Shown here: piece after piece, positions 1 to 13,089 of the stretch
Layout of the letters: every line of letters starts with the position of its first letter
How positions within the stretch are numbered: the first letter of the stretch is position 1
Assembly (NCBI GenBank): GCA_951406725.2
Contig: OX597823.1
Location: 25,048,001 to 25,112,000 of the forward strand
DNA: 64,000 nt
Reading direction: 5' to 3'
Origin: Octopus vulgaris
Lineage: Eukaryota
Made by a program: the position numbers and the translations under genes
The notes under the pieces: generated by a model
What the model was told of the DNA's origin: nothing
Database searches by the model: none
What the model saw: only the letters and a program-made list of their open reading frames with translations

Positions 1-99
1 GTTTGTGCCTTAGGTACAATGTAGACTTGTTGGGTATATAAAGTCAAGGATTGGACAAAGCTACTTTTGATGAGGTTGCATGTATATTATCAAATAATT

Positions 100-305
100 G
101 GTTGTGACTTGTGACACCAACAAATAAATGCAAAAACTTATTAATGGTGCTGAGATATGGTTCCCTAAGTGAATACTGAATATATCCTACACAGCCAGAT
201 ACATAGATCTTAAGATTTGCAGAAACCACGAGAAAACTTATTGACTCTTGACAACACCAAGTTCTTTGGGCATTGTAAAAAAGCTAGGGAAGACCGGGAG
301 AGAAA
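100..305 (+). mobile_element. Decayed LINE (RTE-like) C-terminal fragment
   Basis: Disrupted frames read KLINGAEIWF...ILNISYT...KFFGH, resembling the post-RT region of RTE elements. Confidence 0.35.
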
Positions 306-339
306 AAATACTCACTGATTTTATTATCTGTTTATAGAA

Positions 340-620
340 ACTTGCTTATTTGTGTGGGAGGTGCCTTGTGAATGATTTGATAAATAGGAACTGAAAGAAA
401 CCCATTGTGTGGGTATGCCTTTGTGTTTGTCGCCCACCACCACTTAACAACTAGTGTTGATTTGTTTTTGTCCCCATAACTTAGCAAGTTGGCAAAAAGA
501 CCAATAAAATGAGTTCCAGGCTTAAAAAAAAGTGCTGGAGTTGATTTGTTTGACTAAACCCTTCAAAGCATGTCCTAACATGACCACAGTCCAATGACTG
601 AAACAAGTAAAGGACAAAAG
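340..620 (+). mobile_element. SINE family B, 3' portion
   Basis: Matches the copy at 51253-51603 (gaaactgaaagaa...ccccataacttagc...aatgactgaaacaagtaaa). Confidence 0.75.
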
Positions 621-831
621 CTTTTATTTTTAACAAGCTATGTTTTGTTTTTTTTCTTGAAAAAAGCAAAGGAAATAAATAGGTTCATCAAAGAAAGAGA
701 GGCAGTGCCCATGACCTTTGCTAGCCTTCAAAGCTAGTGATTTTGATGCTGCTAATGCCCAGCCTGAGTATTTACAGGGAGAAAACATGTGGGGAGGGAA
801 CTGAAATTCTTGTTCAAATACTTGCACAGGA

Positions 832-1245
832 CATCATCATCATCTTTTAACGTCCGCTTCCCATGCAAGCATGGGCTGGACGTGTGACTGAGTGCTGGCG
901 AACCAGATGGCTGCACCAGGCTTCAATCTTGATCTGGCAGAGTTTCTACAGCTGGATGCCCTTCCTAACGCCAACCACTCCGAGAGTGTAGTGGGTGCTT
1001 TTACGTGCCAGTCAGGTGGCACTGGCAATGACCTCGCTTGAATTTTTTACACATGCCACTGGCGCGGGTGCCAGTAAGGCGATGCTGGTAACGATCATGC
1101 TCGAATCGTGTTTTTTATGTGCCACTGGCACGGAGGCCAGATAGCCGCTCTGGCAACAATCACACTCGGATGGTGCACTTAATACCCTACTAGCATGGGG
1201 CTTGAGTGCCAGTAGTGCGATGCTGGTAATGATCACGCTCTGCAT
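832..1245 (-). mobile_element. RTE 3'-end / RTE-dependent short element (family A) with (GAT)n tail
   Basis: (CAT)n then ttaacgtccgc...tttctacagctggatgcccttcctaacgccaaccactcc; same sequence ends the RTE remnants at 17005-18687 and 35400-36600. Confidence 0.85.
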
Positions 1246-4200
1246 TTGGCAGTTTGGAATGATGGTAATTATTTAGCATAATTTAGCATAATTTCTCACG
1301 ACATTATAATATGACTGTGCTACAGCATAAGACACATCAGCCTTCTCTTTTTTTCATGTATTTTGGGTGAAGAAGAAAGTGTTTTTATATTGCAATTGTT
1401 ACAATAAATATCCTGATATATCAGATGCAGTGGATGAAAAAAAACAAACATCTTAAATGATGGTAATTATTATATAAATGGTTGTTCATGTATATATTTT
1501 GCACCACATATTAGCAATGTTTTGCATTCTTAATAACAGCTATTATGCAATCAATCCAATTGGTATTTGATTCAAAACTAACTAGAGCATTTGAGAGTTG
1601 TTGAAAACTTTCTCCGAGTGCATAAAATCATTGACTATTGTATCATAGTACCTCACTCAATCAATAAGTAATCCAGCACCATCACAGTTTCAACTTACTC
1701 CATATCTTTACCTCTTTTGAATGACTTAGAAAAGGAAGGCCCTCATAACTCATAACTTTTTCAGTTCCATTGAAGTAGATAAGAGGATGAGAGGAAGTTA
1801 TTTTCAAACTGAAGACCTGACCTGAATGCTTGCAAGACAAAGGACTCCATCTGGTATAGACACCCTAAGGTGGAATGACAGTGTTGAACTTGGTGATATT
1901 AAATTCATCACCAGGTGTAGACATTTCACAAAGAAAAAAAACAAAAAACAATGATGTCTTTTAAACAATTTATTAATTCCAAGTTTGTTCTATATGTTGT
2001 TACTTATAAAACAATAACATTGAGTTTACAAAGAAGCTGTTAAGTGACCAACCAATCTACTAAAAATAGCTAAATTTCCTGCAAATTGCTGCTTATTGTT
2101 GTGAGAAAAAAAAAAGGGGCGTAGTCTTCGGTATATTGCCTGGAAATGGTCATTACTTGAATGCATTTGGTTAATAGGTCTGCTTGATCCAAACTGACCT
2201 GGGACTAAACACAATAACCTGGAATATCTTATTACTCTTGTAATGGTTCTTTGAGTTTTTCTGCATCCAGCCATTTTTTTAGTCCTAACATATGTGTGTG
2301 TATACTAATACTGGTTTCTATCACCGGGCTGTGGCCATGTTGGGACACCTTTTAAAGAATTATTGGTCCAATTATGGGCCTCTAACCACATATCTGTTGT
2401 TTGCTAAGCAGCTGTGATTGCAATTGCATTGCAGAACACATGCCAACATACTAATCATCATTTTAGCGTCCACTTTTCCATGGGCCAGATGGAATATGTT
2501 GAGGCGAATTTTCTATGGTCAGATGCCTTTCCTGTCCCCAAGTCTGACCTTTTTCCAAGTAATGTAATATTTCCCCATGGCCAGATATGCTTTCATGGAA
2601 CATTGGAAATGGACACCACTTGCATGATGATAACACTCACTCACAACAAACACGTGTTGTTTTGGCAAGGACACACTACCCACCCCCCATGTACACATGT
2701 AGACAGTCTTTTCTTCAGTTTCTATCTACCTAATCCATTCTCAAGGTTGTGATCAGCCTGGAGCTATAGTCAAAGACACTAGCCTAAAATACCATGCAAT
2801 GAGACTGAACTCACAATCCATGTAGTTTGGAAGCAAACTTCTTACCATTGCAGCTTACTTTATATATATATATTCTAGTCCATCTATATTGTATTCTTGA
2901 TGAAGACACTCATCTAACAATAGGATGGTACTGCAGTTGGCATAGTTTACCATAGTTTGGACTTGGCAAAGTACACTTCTGGAATAGTTAGATGCAACAG
3001 GGCACTAAATTATGGAGTGACTCACCAAAGTAAGCAGGGGCAGCACTGCAAAATTGAGTATTTCATTAGCTCACAGTGCTGGGTTCACATTTTCCTGTGG
3101 AGTTTGGCTGTAGATGCAAGTGTTATCAGCTTAGTGGCTCAGTTCTACAGCATTGTCTATTTCAGTGGACTATGTGAATGTCAAGAGCCCTGACTAGACT
3201 AAGGAGCCATTTCTGTAATCTGATTTGTTGCAGCTATTTTATTTCAGTTATGTTCCTAAATCCCTTAGAAAAAGGGCTGAATGCCACAACCTCACATAAA
3301 TCTGTTTATATTTCTCATAAGAGTAATGTGCCATCTTTTAAATTTAGCTTTTCAGGGAGTATTTAGTTGGATCATACTATTGTTTACTCCCCAACTATGA
3401 TGGGGTTTATTTGTATTTGGCATGTTGTCTTAGGGATTAGAGCTACTAACATGTGTTCTGAACAGAAAATGCTGCTATTAACATATGTTCAAAGCTTCAA
3501 ATGCTGCAGGTAATACATTTTTCAAGTATCAAACATTGCAGATATTTGTTTTGGGGGAATATTTTAGCTGCTGTATCTCTCTTAAGCTTTGCTTACCTTT
3601 CTTTTTTCTTATTTTCACTGACTCACCAGGCACTAATTCTGTCATTTATATTGCTTTTTCTTTTGGTTTTCTCTTTAGGGGTTTGAAGTAGTCCATATTA
3701 AATGAACAATGGATTGACAAAATCTCTAGAGCATCAGAAAAAATCCTTTGTGCATTTTAAACTTTTAGTGAGGATAAAAAACAGTGCCCATGACTTGTTA
3801 CAGGGCCTCTGAGACTGGTTGGAGGGAGGGAGAACAGTATCCAGAAATTGGAAATCTGGCCCAAATGTTTACAACAGAGTGGACTCTGCTAAAGATAGTC
3901 AAAGTGTCAGGTGGTGGCATTGAACCAGCTACAAGATAATTCTACTACCCAAGTAGGCCATAGGGGAATTGAATTAAGAGCACAGAGCTGGAACAAGTAC
4001 TATAAGGCATCCTGTCTGATGTTCTTACAGTTCTACCAACCCACCACTTTAGGTTGATACTTTATCAACCCTAGCAGGATTTGATCTGAAAGTGCAGCCA
4101 AGTTGGAGTAAAATTCTGTTAAATAGTTAGTCCATACTTTAGTTTAGTAGCATCCTTAGGACTGTGTTGATAGTGAAGTTACTTCTCAGTCATCCCTTTG

Positions 4201-4299
4201 GAGGTTGATAGAATAAGTATCAGTTTACAAGTGGGGTGGATAAAACGATTTTCCTCCACAGTGATATAGTTGCCTTGTCACTGTTTGGAATCATTATTA

Positions 4300-4925
4300 G
4301 TATTAAAGGCATTACATGGCAGAATTGGTTGTGTTTCAAAACGAAATACCTGGCAGTATATAGTTGCAACATTTTACAGTTTGAGTTCAAATTTGTTTTC
4401 ATATCTGGGGTTAATGAAGTTCTGATAATATACTGAGTTTGATTAAATCAACTATATCCTCCTTGAAAATCTCTGTCTTTGTACCTATCTTAGAAAGCAT
4501 CATTATTATTAGGGTGGTGTATGGACAGTTTTTTTAGTGTTGGAAAAAATGCCTTGAGTATTTGTTCCAGCTCTTTACATTGTGGTTTCATATTCCACTA
4601 AGGTTGGTTTTGTTTTTTATCTCTCTGGTGTTGTCAATAGAATAAAATACTACTGAAGCAACGAGCAGGGTGGGGTGATATAATCAACTGCTCTCATTAC
4701 CCCAAATTTCTAGTCTTGTACCTATTTTGGAAACAGTTAATATTCAAAGATGATGGATTGGCAGAATTGTTAGTCTTCCAGCTCTGTATTCTGAGATCAC
4801 AGCCTGCTGAGGTCAACTTTGCCAGTCGTCCCTCTGGGGTTAATGAAATAAAGTATCAATCAAGTGTTGGGGCTGATGGAGTCAACTAAGACCATCACCT
4901 CAAAATTGCTCACCTTCTGTCACAA
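4300..4925 (+). mobile_element. Three tandem degenerate copies of SINE family C
   Basis: Repeated tggcagaatt...ctgagttcaaa...ggggttaatgaaat blocks separated by (ATT)n-like spacers. Confidence 0.65.
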
Positions 4926-5282
4926 TTGTGCCAAGTAGTTGGTGATAGGAAGGACATCTAAGCTCCTCATTCAATAAACATGGCAAAATCATGACCATCT
5001 CTTACTGTGTAACTGCAATTATCACCATGTTAGTGCTACATGGTAGTGGAGCAGCCACCATACCAATTCTCTTCCTTTCAAATGCTGAAAACTTACATCA
5101 AGCAACCTACCAACCATTAGAAATGCTCCTGGAAGCTCTTCTGTCAACCTCAGTATTTGTATTTTATTGATCTTGGAAGGATGAATAGCTAAACTGAATC
5201 AGCAGATTTTGATCATAGAAAGACCAGCTAAATATACAACCACCTGTTTATATGTATATATATATATATATATATTGTGAAG

Positions 5283-5610
5283 ACACATGGCTCAGTGGTT
5301 AGCGCATTGGGCTTACAATATTGAGGTCGTGAGTTTGATTCCCAGACTGGACTGTGTGATGTGTTCTTGAGCAAGGCACTTTATTTCATGTTGCTCCAGT
5401 TCACTCAGCTATAGAAATGAGTTGTGGTGTCACTGGTGCCAAGCTGTATCAGCCTTTGCCTTTCTCTTGGACAAACCAGTGGCGTGAGAACAGAAGACTG
5501 GTATGCATAGGTGACTGCTGGTCTTCCACAAACAACCTTGCCAGGATTTTGTGCCTCAGAAGGGACCTTCCTAAGTGCAATCCCATGGTCATTTGTGACC
5601 ATAGGGAGTT
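5283..5610 (+). mobile_element. tRNA-derived SINE
   Basis: A box TGGCTCAGTGG and B-box-like GTTTGATTCC, followed by cttgagcaaggcacttta...gctccagttcactcagct core; no intact cloverleaf. Confidence 0.7.
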
Positions 5611-7519
5611 TTTAATATATCATCATTATTGTTATTTAACATCCGTTTTCCATGCTGGCATGGTTTGAATGATTTGACAGGAACTGGCAGGTCAGAAGAC
5701 TACTCCAAAACTGTCTGCTTTGGCATGGTTCCTCTGGCTGGCTACCCTTCCTAATGCCAATTACTTTACAGATCATACTGGATGCTTTTTATGTAGCACC
5801 AGCAGTAGTGAGATCACCAAGTAACTTTCAAGAGATGACCTCAATTGTTGGGGTGAATGGTATTGAGGGACAGAAAAAAAGTCTTACATTAGAGGGGAAA
5901 CATGGCTATCTAACATGGGAAGAGAGTGAGAAGAGGGTAAAGATGTGACAGGTGGATGGGGGTGGCTAGCAAAATTGCGAAAGGAGATTGGTAAATGGAG
6001 GAGAGGATGTAACAAGTAGCAGGAGGGGTATATATATTTGCATTATATATATGTTTCATTGGAGTATATAAACTCATTTGATTGAACATGTGAAATAAGT
6101 GAGTGGTTAAGATCTGGAGTTGATATCAGCTGCAGGCATATATTTTGATGTGTGTAAGAGCACTTTATTCTATACTGCCTCAGTCTATTTAGCCGTCAGT
6201 ACTTGATAATTTGGGAATATTATTTGAAAGAGACTGACATCCCATTCAGGACATATATCTCTCATCATCTACTATTAATCACTAGTGTTTACATTACATT
6301 TATTATCCATTACTAACAGAATTTATCCAAAACTAGATTTTTCTTTATCTTTAGTATTTTGAAACCTTTTCTTTCTTCTTTATTTGCATTTTTTTTCAAA
6401 TTTTTATTGGGAATAAAATTTCTTTCACTTTGTAATCTCTCTTTAACCCTTAATAACAACTACTCTATTACTACTTACATCCTATTTATATTTGTATATT
6501 ATATTTTAATATTATCAGTATAAAGCAGCAGCAGTAGTAATGGTTGTGGTAGTAGTAGTAGTAGTAGTAGTAGTAAAACAAACCTCCAGCAAACTAGTTA
6601 TTTGGATATAAAAGCTAAATGCATGAGAAGTAGGTTGTTCACATCAAAGAATTTTGTTCTTAACAATCTGTGACCAGTTTTCATATTCTGAAACTACTGG
6701 ATAAATGGTGAATACTCTTTGATCTATCCGCTCATTTCCTTTTCTTTGAAATCTTCTGAAAGCCATATTATATGTTATTTCCTTTGAAAATTATCGCTCT
6801 TGTATGAAATATTCATCAGTCTATAACAGTTTACTAACAATCCTGTTGTTTGAGCTTGTAGTTTATCCTTTTCTTTCTCATCAACATCATCATCATCTGA
6901 GAAAATTGACTTTTGGTGTTGAGATGCTGTGAGCAAGCCTGGACTTGGCAAATACATTTTTCCTTTGTAATTTGAAAGACTGCAATTTATGTATTAATAT
7001 AGAATAAAAGATTTGTGTGTTTGTGTGTTCATATACACTTTTTATCTTTTATTGATTTCTATGAAATTGGACTGCGTTTGTTCTTAGGCAATGCCTACAA
7101 GGGTTTACATGATCATGCTGAACTCGGTACTTATTATGGTGTGGTATTTTATCAATAGTTTTATTTAATGATTATTTTATCGCTGTCTATTTGTTGAACC
7201 ATTAAATTGCAGAATATAAATAGACAACATAAAATACACTGGTTTTTAGACTGTAAACGTAAACACAAATATGAATACACGCATACAATACACATCTATA
7301 TGGCAGGGTTCTGAATAGTTTTGTCTTCATAAAATATTCGTCAACCCAAGGCTATAGTGTAAGTCATATATCCACTTTACCATTTATTTGGATGGAATCC
7401 ATGCGGTTAGAAAGCGTACTTCTTAAGCTATCAACCATGTCTGGATTGATGCATTGTTCATCCATTCACCAAGGTACATGTTACAATTGCTGGAGAAACT
7501 CCTTTCTCAACTCTGCCCA

Positions 7520-7690
7520 GGAGCGGTTGAAAAGTTCGTAGGGTGACCAAGATACTCTCATGGAATGTGACCAAATGAAGTTTATTTTTCGACACAGTCA
7601 GCTTTGTGGTCCACACTCTTACATCGGTATTGTAGTGCTTGAATCCCATTGGTGAAGAAGCTTTCATCCTGTTGGTCAAAAAAAGTAAAT
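7520..7690 (-). mobile_element. Mariner transposon 3' end fragment
   Basis: Minus strand reads GIQALQYRC...KADCVEK* like the mariner C-terminus GI..L..RW.KC....GDYVEK*; second fragment of the same family at about 14588-14705. Confidence 0.7.
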
Positions 7691-8796
7691 AAAGTCATCA
7701 ACAGCAAATATGATACCATCATCATTTAAATATAGTATTTAAGCAATGTGTTCATGGTTGGTTAATGGTTAATGGATGCTTAAAAGAAAATCTGTAGATA
7801 ACTTTAAAATGTAATTGAGTTGCACTGCTGATGCGGTAGGACATTATTGATCATGAAATATGGCATCCTTACCAACAATTTATGTGTGTGTTTGTGTGTA
7901 TATTTATATATATATATAGTATGTGGCTTTGTGGTTCATAGACAAGTGTCTTCTGCAGCACCCAAGTGACCAAAGCCTTATGAGTTGATTTGGTAGACAG
8001 AAGCTGAAATAAGCTTGCTGTGTATGTATGTGTGTATTCATTTCCAATATTTTGCAAGGACATGTCTAGCCATAGGGAAATATTACCTTGCTTGAAAACA
8101 GGTGAGGGTTGGCAAAAGGAAGAGCATCCAACCATAGAAAATTTGCCTCAAATAAACTCCATCCAATCCATGTAAACTTAGAAAAGTGGACATTAAATGA
8201 AATGATGTTGATTTTATACACACACACACACACACAGATGGATATATGTATGTATATGCATTGCTATCCAGTGCCCCCCCCTACTCTATATACCCAGTTT
8301 TTTTCCACTCACTACATTCTCTTCCCCCACTCTACTTACGTTTCTTTGGCAATACCCTGCCACTTATATTATGACCCTCATACCTCAAGGGTATGCCCCA
8401 ACACCTGCCACCATCTATCTCTTGTACTTGTCCATTCCATTTATAGTCTGATCACTATCTCCACCATCTCTTTCCTGCTCTCATACTCCTACTCCTGCTC
8501 ATACTCCCACTCTCTCTCTCCTCTTACTCTTCCCTCAGGTTGGGTAACCATGTATCTCCTTTACAACAGCACGCTTGTTTCTGTCTCCCTGTCTCACTAT
8601 AATCTTTCATAATCTAAAAAAAGATCCTGTCACTTCTCAAAGGATCTTTGTCTTGTAAAGAACTTGGTGACCCTGCCAGTGCTGGTGCCACTTAAAAAGC
8701 ATCCAGTCCACATTGTAAAGTGTTAGGAAGGGCATCCAGCCATAAAAAAAACCCCCTGCCAAAACAGGCATGGAAGGTGGATGTTAAACAATGATG

Positions 8797-8798
<2 letters not shown>

Positions 8799-8851
<53 letters not shown>

Positions 8852-9066
8852 TGTGTGTGTATATATATATGTATGTGTGTGTATATATGTATATGTATGT
8901 GTGTGTATATATATATATGTATGTGTGTGTATATATATATGTATGTGTGTGTATATATGTATATGTGTATGGATGTGTATATATATATGTACATGTGTGT
9001 GTGTGTCTATATATGTATGTTTGTGTCTATATATATATGCGTGTGTGTGTGTGTGTGTGTGTATGT
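8799..9066. repeat. Compound (GT)n/(AT)n microsatellite
   Basis: Directly visible; source of the CV/YI/TH pseudo-ORFs. Confidence 0.97.
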
Positions 9067-9629
9067 AAATATATTCTCATTAAATCCTACCCTATAAACT
9101 AGTTATTGGTTATATCAGGCAAAATCTAAGTTAAGAAATTGTTTCTTAAAGTTGGCTTTCTCTACCATCTTTGAATATCAGTATTGTGGAGGTGACTATT
9201 CAGGCTGTGCTAGGTGAACACTTCACACCCAGCAAAGATGGTAAATTCATCATAAATATTAAGTTCACACAGTTAATATAATCTCGGATCATAACAGGAA
9301 ACTAACTTTTCTGTTTACTGTTTGTGAAATAGTGTGCAAGTTGTTTTCAGATAGCACTGTAGCCATAGCTATCTGATATTACTGGGCATATGGCAAGATA
9401 AAGGGTGAGTTATAAAAATAAGGACTGAAGGCAAGCAGCATTTCACTAGCATATATCCTGTTTATTGATTTTGCATATTTCATTTGAACAAGACTTACAG
9501 ATAAAAGTACTCAATACTTCAGTGAGTAGTGTGCTTTATTCTGTTTTAAGTTACTTGTTTCAGTTCTCAGATTTAGACTAGCTTTCAAATCTGGAAACTG
9601 AAATGGAATTTTGTAAACAAGTAACTTAA

Positions 9630-10030
9630 TGTGTGTGTTGTGTGATAAGTTTGCTTTCCACTCACATAGTTCTGAGTACAGTTCTACTGCTTGGCACCTT
9701 GGGCAAATGTTTTTATTATAGCCCTGGGCCAACCAAATCTTTGTGAGTAGATTTGATTGATGGAAACTGAAAAATGGCTGTTATATATGAATGTATGTGT
9801 GTGTGTGTGTGTGTTACTGTCTCCTTGCCATAACATTGCATGATAGTTGTAAACAAGTCTCACTGTCATGGAAGCAGTGTCCTTCATTTCCAATTTTCCA
9901 AATCTTGTCTATCATGGGGTAATGTTACCTTATTTGGGAAAAGGAAGGGCATCCAGTTGTAGAAATCTGCCTCAGCAAATTTTGTCTGACCCATGTGAGC
10001 ATTGAAAAGTGAGCATTTAATGATGATGAA
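9630..10030 (+). mobile_element. SINE family B variant with (GAT)n-type tail
   Basis: ggcaccttgggcaa...ggaaactgaaa...gaagggcatccag...aatgatgatga. Confidence 0.65.
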
Positions 10031-11629
10031 AATAACTGGAAATAATAGACATGCTGCTCCTGTTGTAGCTCAGGTCAGGCCTGATTCAGTCTCCAGTTGT
10101 CACAATTTCTTTGTTTTTTTATCTTTGTTTTTTTTTCATGTTTTTTTTTTCAGACTTAGTGTATCTAGGATTGCAATTTGAATTTGGTAGAGGTTTAGCA
10201 TGACAAATTTGGCTGCTAATTCTAGGAAAATGAGTTACCATATAGAGGTTCCTTTGTTGGCTTGGGAAATTTCTTTCTTGGTTTGATTGAATGCAGAGGC
10301 AAGCACGAGTTCAGGGAGGTAGATTAACAGAGCATTGCTTGAGGTGTCTTACAGTATCTGTTCTAGCTCTTGGTTTTCTGACAGCAACATTTGCAAGAAC
10401 ATTGGTGTCAAACTATATTGGCACCAGTGTTGTTGGTAGCAGGCTGGTTTTCCCCTTGGAGTGGAGAAAAGAGTCTGGCATGCATGGGCAACTTCCAGTC
10501 TCAACCAATGGAGGCTCTAGCAGAGACAAGCAGTGAACAGAAAAGCAGCTCAAAGAAGCTATGGTTGTTATTTTTTTAGCAGGTTGAGTATCCATGTAGA
10601 GCAGGCTGGGGAACTCCTTGCTTGCAGGTAACACCTTTCTTACATTAAAAATTGAAACTGTCTGTTAAGGATATCTCTAATAAACCCACATGAAAGGAAA
10701 CAGTTTAAGCTTTCAGGTTAAAACTGAAATTTAATATAACTTGTGAACATAAACAGTTATGTCTCTCAGCACAGATGCCTCACAATTTACCCCTGGTACT
10801 AAAAAGGCTCTTCTCCTTTGATGGAGAGGGTCTAATTTTTTGAGGTTGCTCTCTTCTGGCTTATAATGTGGATATAGACAAAATACATTATAAGTGAATA
10901 TAAAGCACAATTTCCCTATAAAACCTTATGCATACCTCTTGTGATTCAAATCTCAGCTTGATATATAAACAAACATATGGAACTAATTAATGTTAAATGT
11001 CTTTGAGATGTTTCTGGAATAATGATGTAGGAAACCCCCACCTTTAATTTCTCTTATTTTAGCTGTTTTCTCAGTTGAAAAAAAAAGTGTTCAAAGAATA
11101 TTTTATGGAGTTATGTGGCAAGGGAGGAATGTTCTGTAAATTCATTAACAGATTGTAAAACATTATCTTAAAACATTTATAATTCTGATTAAATGCTTCA
11201 CAATGTTTTTTTTTTATTTGAAAACATTGCCAAGGAATTTGTATCTTTGTTTCCTCTAGCTTATATTTTAAACACAGTTTGAAAAAATAACTTTACTTGT
11301 TTTTGCTTATAAGTTACTTGTATGTTGAGAATTTCAGTGTCACTTGCTTAAGTATTTTGAGTTTCTGATTAGAAGCAGTCTTCAGGTAAAGACTACTCTC
11401 AATGGAAAACTCAAAGTTGTTTAATTGAGTTTAAAACAAAAAAGAAAATGAATGTCTTAGTCAGAAGAGGAAGTGCAGTACTCATTGCTCCCTTTAGAGT
11501 ACCTGAAACTGGTAGATGGATGTTAAAATGCTATAGGATTGAACTCGAAACCACAAAGCAAACTTTTTAACCATATATATTTCATTAACATTTCTTTGTA
11601 CCAGTAATTAATATACACATGAAGACATG

Positions 11630-11689
11630 TGCATATGTGCACTCACAAAAGCATACATGCATATATATATATATATATTCACATATATA

Positions 11690-11771
<82 letters not shown>

Positions 11772-11799
11772 TGTATGCTTTTGTGAGTGCACATATGCA
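11630..11799. repeat. Perfect inverted repeat (31-bp arms plus (AT)n) around a microsatellite
   Basis: 11630-11660 tgcatatgtgcactcacaaaagcatacatgc is the exact reverse complement of 11769-11799. Confidence 0.95.
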
Positions 11800-12097
11800 G
11801 TTTTGAAATCCAATGATACCCTACACACCTATTTGGTTATGAAATTTTACAAATACACTTTCTCAGGGAGACTTGATATACCTATCATTATGGATAATAC
11901 TAAATGTACCTTTCGGATTTTTCATAATGTGATGTAACTTTTTGGTATAACAATTGCATGCAGCTGAAGAGCGCTTTAAACCATCCTTTATGTCTATTAT
12001 ACACTGATGTAAGAATAGGCTGTTTATAAAGCTTGAAACATGTGTACCACAACATCCTTTGTGTTCTGTTTTTGATTTCATTTGATACATATATAAT

Positions 12098-12159
12098 TGC
12101 AAACTGTCAAACTTAGCTTGAACACCCTGTATATGTATATACTTGTGTCTGAGTATGTA

Positions 12160-12207
<48 letters not shown>

Positions 12208-12283
12208 CATATGCACATACATACTCACTCAGACACAAGTATATACATATACAGGGTGTTCAAGCTAAGTTTGACAGTTTGCA
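12098..12283. repeat. Inverted repeat (about 70-bp arms) centred on (AT)n
   Basis: tgcaaactgtcaaacttagcttgaacaccctgta... mirrored by ...tacagggtgttcaagctaagtttgacagtttgca, with one 4-nt insertion. Confidence 0.95.
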
Positions 12284-12840
12284 TAAATGGAGAACAAAAC
12301 ACAATATGCCATCCAAAAGTAAAAGAATTTGAGAAAAGTCACAAAATATAAACTGGGTTATGATTAGGGGGTAACAGTTTAGTCAAAGTAGCTGCCCTCA
12401 ACTTTCACCACAGCTTCAAAGACAGCTTTGGAATCTGGTGTGTATGTTCCTCACTATATCCCTGGGAAGATCTTTGAACACCTCCTTCATCTTGGTTACA
12501 GCTCAGTCTTGATGTCATAGGCTGAGCTTCAACTGTGCCTCACACATAGTAATCCATGGAATTACAATCAGGGAAATCAGGGCATCAGAAATTGGGGCTA
12601 GTGAAGTTGCAGAAATTTTGACAACCACTTCTGACTCTTTACAGAAGTATGGCTAGGAGCTGAATCTTGTTTGTCACACATATGGCCCTCTAGCAGTTTT
12701 TCATAGGCATTTGTTGTTAAATGAATTTCAACTACAACTTTAATCATTATGCTCACCAATGCTGTTGACTGTTCATATTACACCAAGCTGTTCTTGAAAA
12801 GAGGAGACAAAAAAAAATCATTGAATTTAACCCTTTATAT
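12252..12840 (-). mobile_element. Tc1/mariner-superfamily remnant (maT/DD37D-like)
   Basis: TA|CAGGGTG terminus; minus strand near 12530-12595 reads NF*CPDFPDCNSMDYYV*GTVE, matching WPPxSPDxNPxDYxVWG. Confidence 0.65.
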
Positions 12841-13089
12841 ATGTAACATCCTATACACATGCATATTTATACAGACACATGCACATATGCACAAACATGC
12901 ATGCATAAAGGTGAAATAAGCATCAGTGATGCTTTTTCCTATGCAGCAACTGCAGGAGCTACTTAGGTTTTGCAAGTTCTTTTAAATCCATTGCTATGCT
13001 GGAAACCCTTCTGTATCATCAGTAGGTATCTCAAGGTCACAAGCATTTTGCCTCTTAGTCTGTATGTTTCATCTGAATGAGGCTGTGAA

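Noticed and set aside
5283-5355. tRNA-like sequence with A and B boxes
   Set aside because: No intact cloverleaf and continues into a SINE body; a SINE head, not a tRNA gene
8109-8612. Longest ORF in the track (167 aa)
   Set aside because: Begins inside a SINE tail, crosses (CA)n and pyrimidine-rich sequence, shows no domain
8692-9102. Four overlapping ORFs of about 100 aa (CV/YI/TH repeats)
   Set aside because: Translations of a dinucleotide microsatellite
10291-10634. Cluster of three ORFs in moderately GC-rich sequence
   Set aside because: No recognisable domain or splice structure; probably an old repeat
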